DNA of 64,000 nucleotides from Promethearchaeota archaeon (GTDB lineage Archaea; Asgardarchaeota; Lokiarchaeia; Sigyniarchaeales; SOKP01): NCBI GenBank assembly GCA_019058365.1, contig JAHPZE010000011.1, positions 32,001 to 96,000 of the forward strand, read 5' to 3'. Shown piece by piece: positions 61,634 to 64,000 of this stretch (position 1 is its first letter; each line of letters starts with the position of its first letter). The notes under the pieces were generated by a model. It saw only the letters and a program-made list of their open reading frames with translations, ran no database searches and was not told where the DNA came from. The position numbers and the translations under genes were made by a program.

Positions 61634-61909
61634 TCTGATTATTTTAAAATTAATCCCATCTAAAATACGCATCAGTTTTTACAGAATATTGATTTAATGC
61701 GAAAGCGGGTTGAATTGAAGCAATAAAAGTTAAAAACCCTAAAAATAACGCTACATTTAACTTTATATTTTTCATTTATTCAAATATCCCCAGTAGATTG
61801 TTATGAATATGAATTGATAATCCAATTATTTATATTTACTTATTTATAAGAAAGTATTTGAATAAAGCACAATTTTACGTTTTACATTGGCAAGGAAAGG
61901 GATAGTATT

Positions 61910-63190
61910 TTGCAAACACCGAATAAGGCTCTTCAAAACCAAAATCAAACTTCTGTAAACTATAGAGCATGGCCATTATTTTTACTTGGCTTTATAAGGT
62001 TATTTTATGTTTCTATTTTTGAAAGAGCCTTATATAATTATCTATATTATGATATGGGTATTAGAGCGAGTATGTTAGGTTTTATTTCATCAGCGGGCTC
62101 TATAACTTATATTTTTGCGCCAATTTTAGGACAATTGCTTACTAAAAAGCTTTTAGGAATAAGAAATGCTCTTATTTTAACTTCCATCTTGACACCTTTA
62201 TTAACAGGTCTTCAAATCATCTATCCCGAGATTTGGTCCTTAATAATCTGTCGGATTTTATTGGGATTGACATTAGGATTGTATTGGCCAAACTGTTTAA
62301 ATCTTTTAAGCCGATGGGGAAAAGTAAGCAGTTCTAAAAAATCAAAAAAAAATTTTGGATTTTTTAATCTTTCTTGGAATGCGGGTTTTATTATTGGACT
62401 TATTGTAGGTTTTCTTTGGGCATTTTCTTGGAGTGATTTTTTTGCTATGATTATTTCCTGGTCTTTATCATTTCTACTAATCCCTGTAAGTTTTTTTATA
62501 AAAAAGAGGGAAACATCCTTTATCTCACAAGGAATTGTGATTTATCAATCAGAAGATCCCCTTTCTCACTTAGATATTAAGGAGGATTTAGTGGTTAATT
62601 CAAAAACACCTATGATTGTATATCCTGTGCTTTTTTCATGGTTCAGTATAATGTTTTTGGCGATCTCAAAATCAATATTTATTTTTGGTTATCCTATTTT
62701 AGTAAAAGCCCTCTTATCTGAGGAATTTTCTTATCTCACCTATCTTGTGCAATGCGGGTTACAATTCATGCAACTTCTTGGATTAACTTGGATAAATTCA
62801 ATGAAAATTTATAGTAGAAAAATAGCAACATTAATAAGTATTATTTTTGTTGGCATAATTGCATTCACAATTGTTCTTCTTGGAAATATTTGGTATATTT
62901 CAATAATAACTGTTATTGTAGGTCTATTCTTAGGGCTAATCCATGGGGTTGGTTTAAAGATCATGTTAGAATATGGAACCGCTGAAAACACATCAAAATA
63001 TGCGACTATAAATGAGGTAATAATTGGATTGGGTTTTGGATTAACTCCAATAATTACTGGATACATCATTGAAGTATCTTTATTCGGTATACATTGGTTT
63101 TTAACATTCCTCGGACTAGTTATTTTATTATTTCTAATATTTCTTTCTCGAAATATTAAACGAGGAGAAAATAATTTTGAGAGTTCATAG
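61910..63190 (+). CDS. MFS transporter
   Basis: ~12 TM helices in two halves; SWNAGFIIG, GLGFGLTPIITG. Confidence 0.8.
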   Translation: MQTPNKALQNQNQTSVNYRAWPLFLLGFIRLFYVSIFERALYNYLYYDMGIRASMLGFISSAGSITYIFAPILGQLLTKKLLGIRNALILTSILTPLLTGLQIIYPEIWSLIICRILLGLTLGLYWPNCLNLLSRWGKVSSSKKSKKNFGFFNLSWNAGFIIGLIVGFLWAFSWSDFFAMIISWSLSFLLIPVSFFIKKRETSFISQGIVIYQSEDPLSHLDIKEDLVVNSKTPMIVYPVLFSWFSIMFLAISKSIFIFGYPILVKALLSEEFSYLTYLVQCGLQFMQLLGLTWINSMKIYSRKIATLISIIFVGIIAFTIVLLGNIWYISIITVIVGLFLGLIHGVGLKIMLEYGTAENTSKYATINEVIIGLGFGLTPIITGYIIEVSLFGIHWFLTFLGLVILLFLIFLSRNIKRGENNFESS

Positions 63191-63343
63191 TTTTTCATCA
63201 TTTTGATTATAAATGATATTATCATATAGAAGGCTTCGAAATGAAATTTGGAACCGCAATATCAATGAAAGATTCAGTCAAGGTATTAGAAAAAAGCTTG
63301 TACATAAAAAAGTATTATTAAAAATTCTTTTTTAAAATAATTT

Positions 63344-64000
63344 TTATTTTTTAAAATAATTTTCTATGATTTTAACCCAAGGATGATTTTCAATATAATG
63401 CCTTTCGGTACGTATATATTCATCGCTTTGTATGTTTTTAATACATTCTTGAATCTGTGGCATTGAATTCAATTTCCTATTAATTATATATTGAGATACT
63501 TGGTTAATTAAATCAGTATTTAAACCATCTGATTGAAACTTTTCGGAAAATACTGATTCAATGATCAAGATATTTATTAAATCTTCTAAAAATTTAATAT
63601 AATCTTTGTTATCATCTCTTAAAGCCTCATTTCCGTTCATTTGATTCATTATATATGCCAAAATATTGAAAGGCTCATAATCTTCGAAAAATCTAAGTGG
63701 TAATCGATTGATGTTATTGATAGAGATTTCTATAGTCAAATGAGCACCCAAATTAAAAACAAAGTCATAGTAGAAATTCATTAGTTTCGAATTCATTAGT
63801 AGAAGTAGATATTTTATACTGAAATTATTCTCTGCATTATCTCTTGGAATAATCGCGATACACGTGCTTAAAGGATAATAATTCTTATTGTCATATGCTA
63901 CAGTGAGATTTGAACTAATTGTTTGCATAATCAATTTTTCAGGCTTTTGAAATATAGATTCATCTCTCGCCCTATGAAGAGCTTTTATATCATAGAATAC
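63344..64000 (-). CDS. 3' part of a TaqI-like / type IIG DNA adenine methyltransferase (target-recognition domain), truncated by window
   Basis: Frame is open to base 64000: LHRARDESIFQKPEKLIMQTI..VAYD...YLL.LMNSKLMNFYY...LP. Confidence 0.75.
   Translation of the reverse strand, partial: VFYDIKALHRARDESIFQKPEKLIMQTISSNLTVAYDNKNYYPLSTCIAIIPRDNAENNFSIKYLLLLMNSKLMNFYYDFVFNLGAHLTIEISINNINRLPLRFFEDYEPFNILAYIMNQMNGNEALRDDNKDYIKFLEDLINILIIESVFSEKFQSDGLNTDLINQVSQYIINRKLNSMPQIQECIKNIQSDEYIRTERHYIENHPWVKIIENYFKK

Noticed and set aside
1280-63225. Short ORF-track entries overlapping longer genes (e.g. 1280-1486, 4813-5139, 9376-9615, 19236-19475, 31169-31432, 45866-46177, 54229-54633, 54793-55323, 58197-58565, 62809-63225)
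   Set aside because: Antisense or off-frame shadows of well-supported genes, with no motifs
1-64000. tRNA/rRNA genes and selenoproteins
   Set aside because: No GC-rich structured RNA or convincing in-frame TGA readthrough seen by eye; a tRNAscan/Infernal run would be needed to exclude them

Overview
AT-rich, gene-dense archaeal chromosome segment, most likely from an Asgard archaeon (Lokiarchaeia-like). The evidence is archaeal RadA, EndA, CdhA and an MtrH-like protein, together with eukaryotic-signature proteins: two Arf-like GTPases, V4R, a gelsolin-domain protein and a vWA-RING protein. I saw no rRNA, tRNA, CRISPR array or transposase. Main points: (1) an unannotated 16-aa Trp-rich leader ORF (WQWPWCW) with alternative base-pairing and a T-tract upstream of trpB2, which looks like an attenuator; (2) a mercury-methylation-like hgcAB locus in which HgcA is fused to a SAM methyltransferase, preceded by a Cys-containing MarR, three copies of a palindromic operator and an unannotated 32-aa Cys-Cys peptide; (3) two inverted ~108-bp MITE-like elements around a flavin reductase gene; (4) probable ATT start codons; (5) apparent pseudo-enzymes (ATPase A with GER->GEP, a Ser-less phosphomutase) and scattered alpha-glucan genes. 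All family calls come from motif recognition, not database searches.
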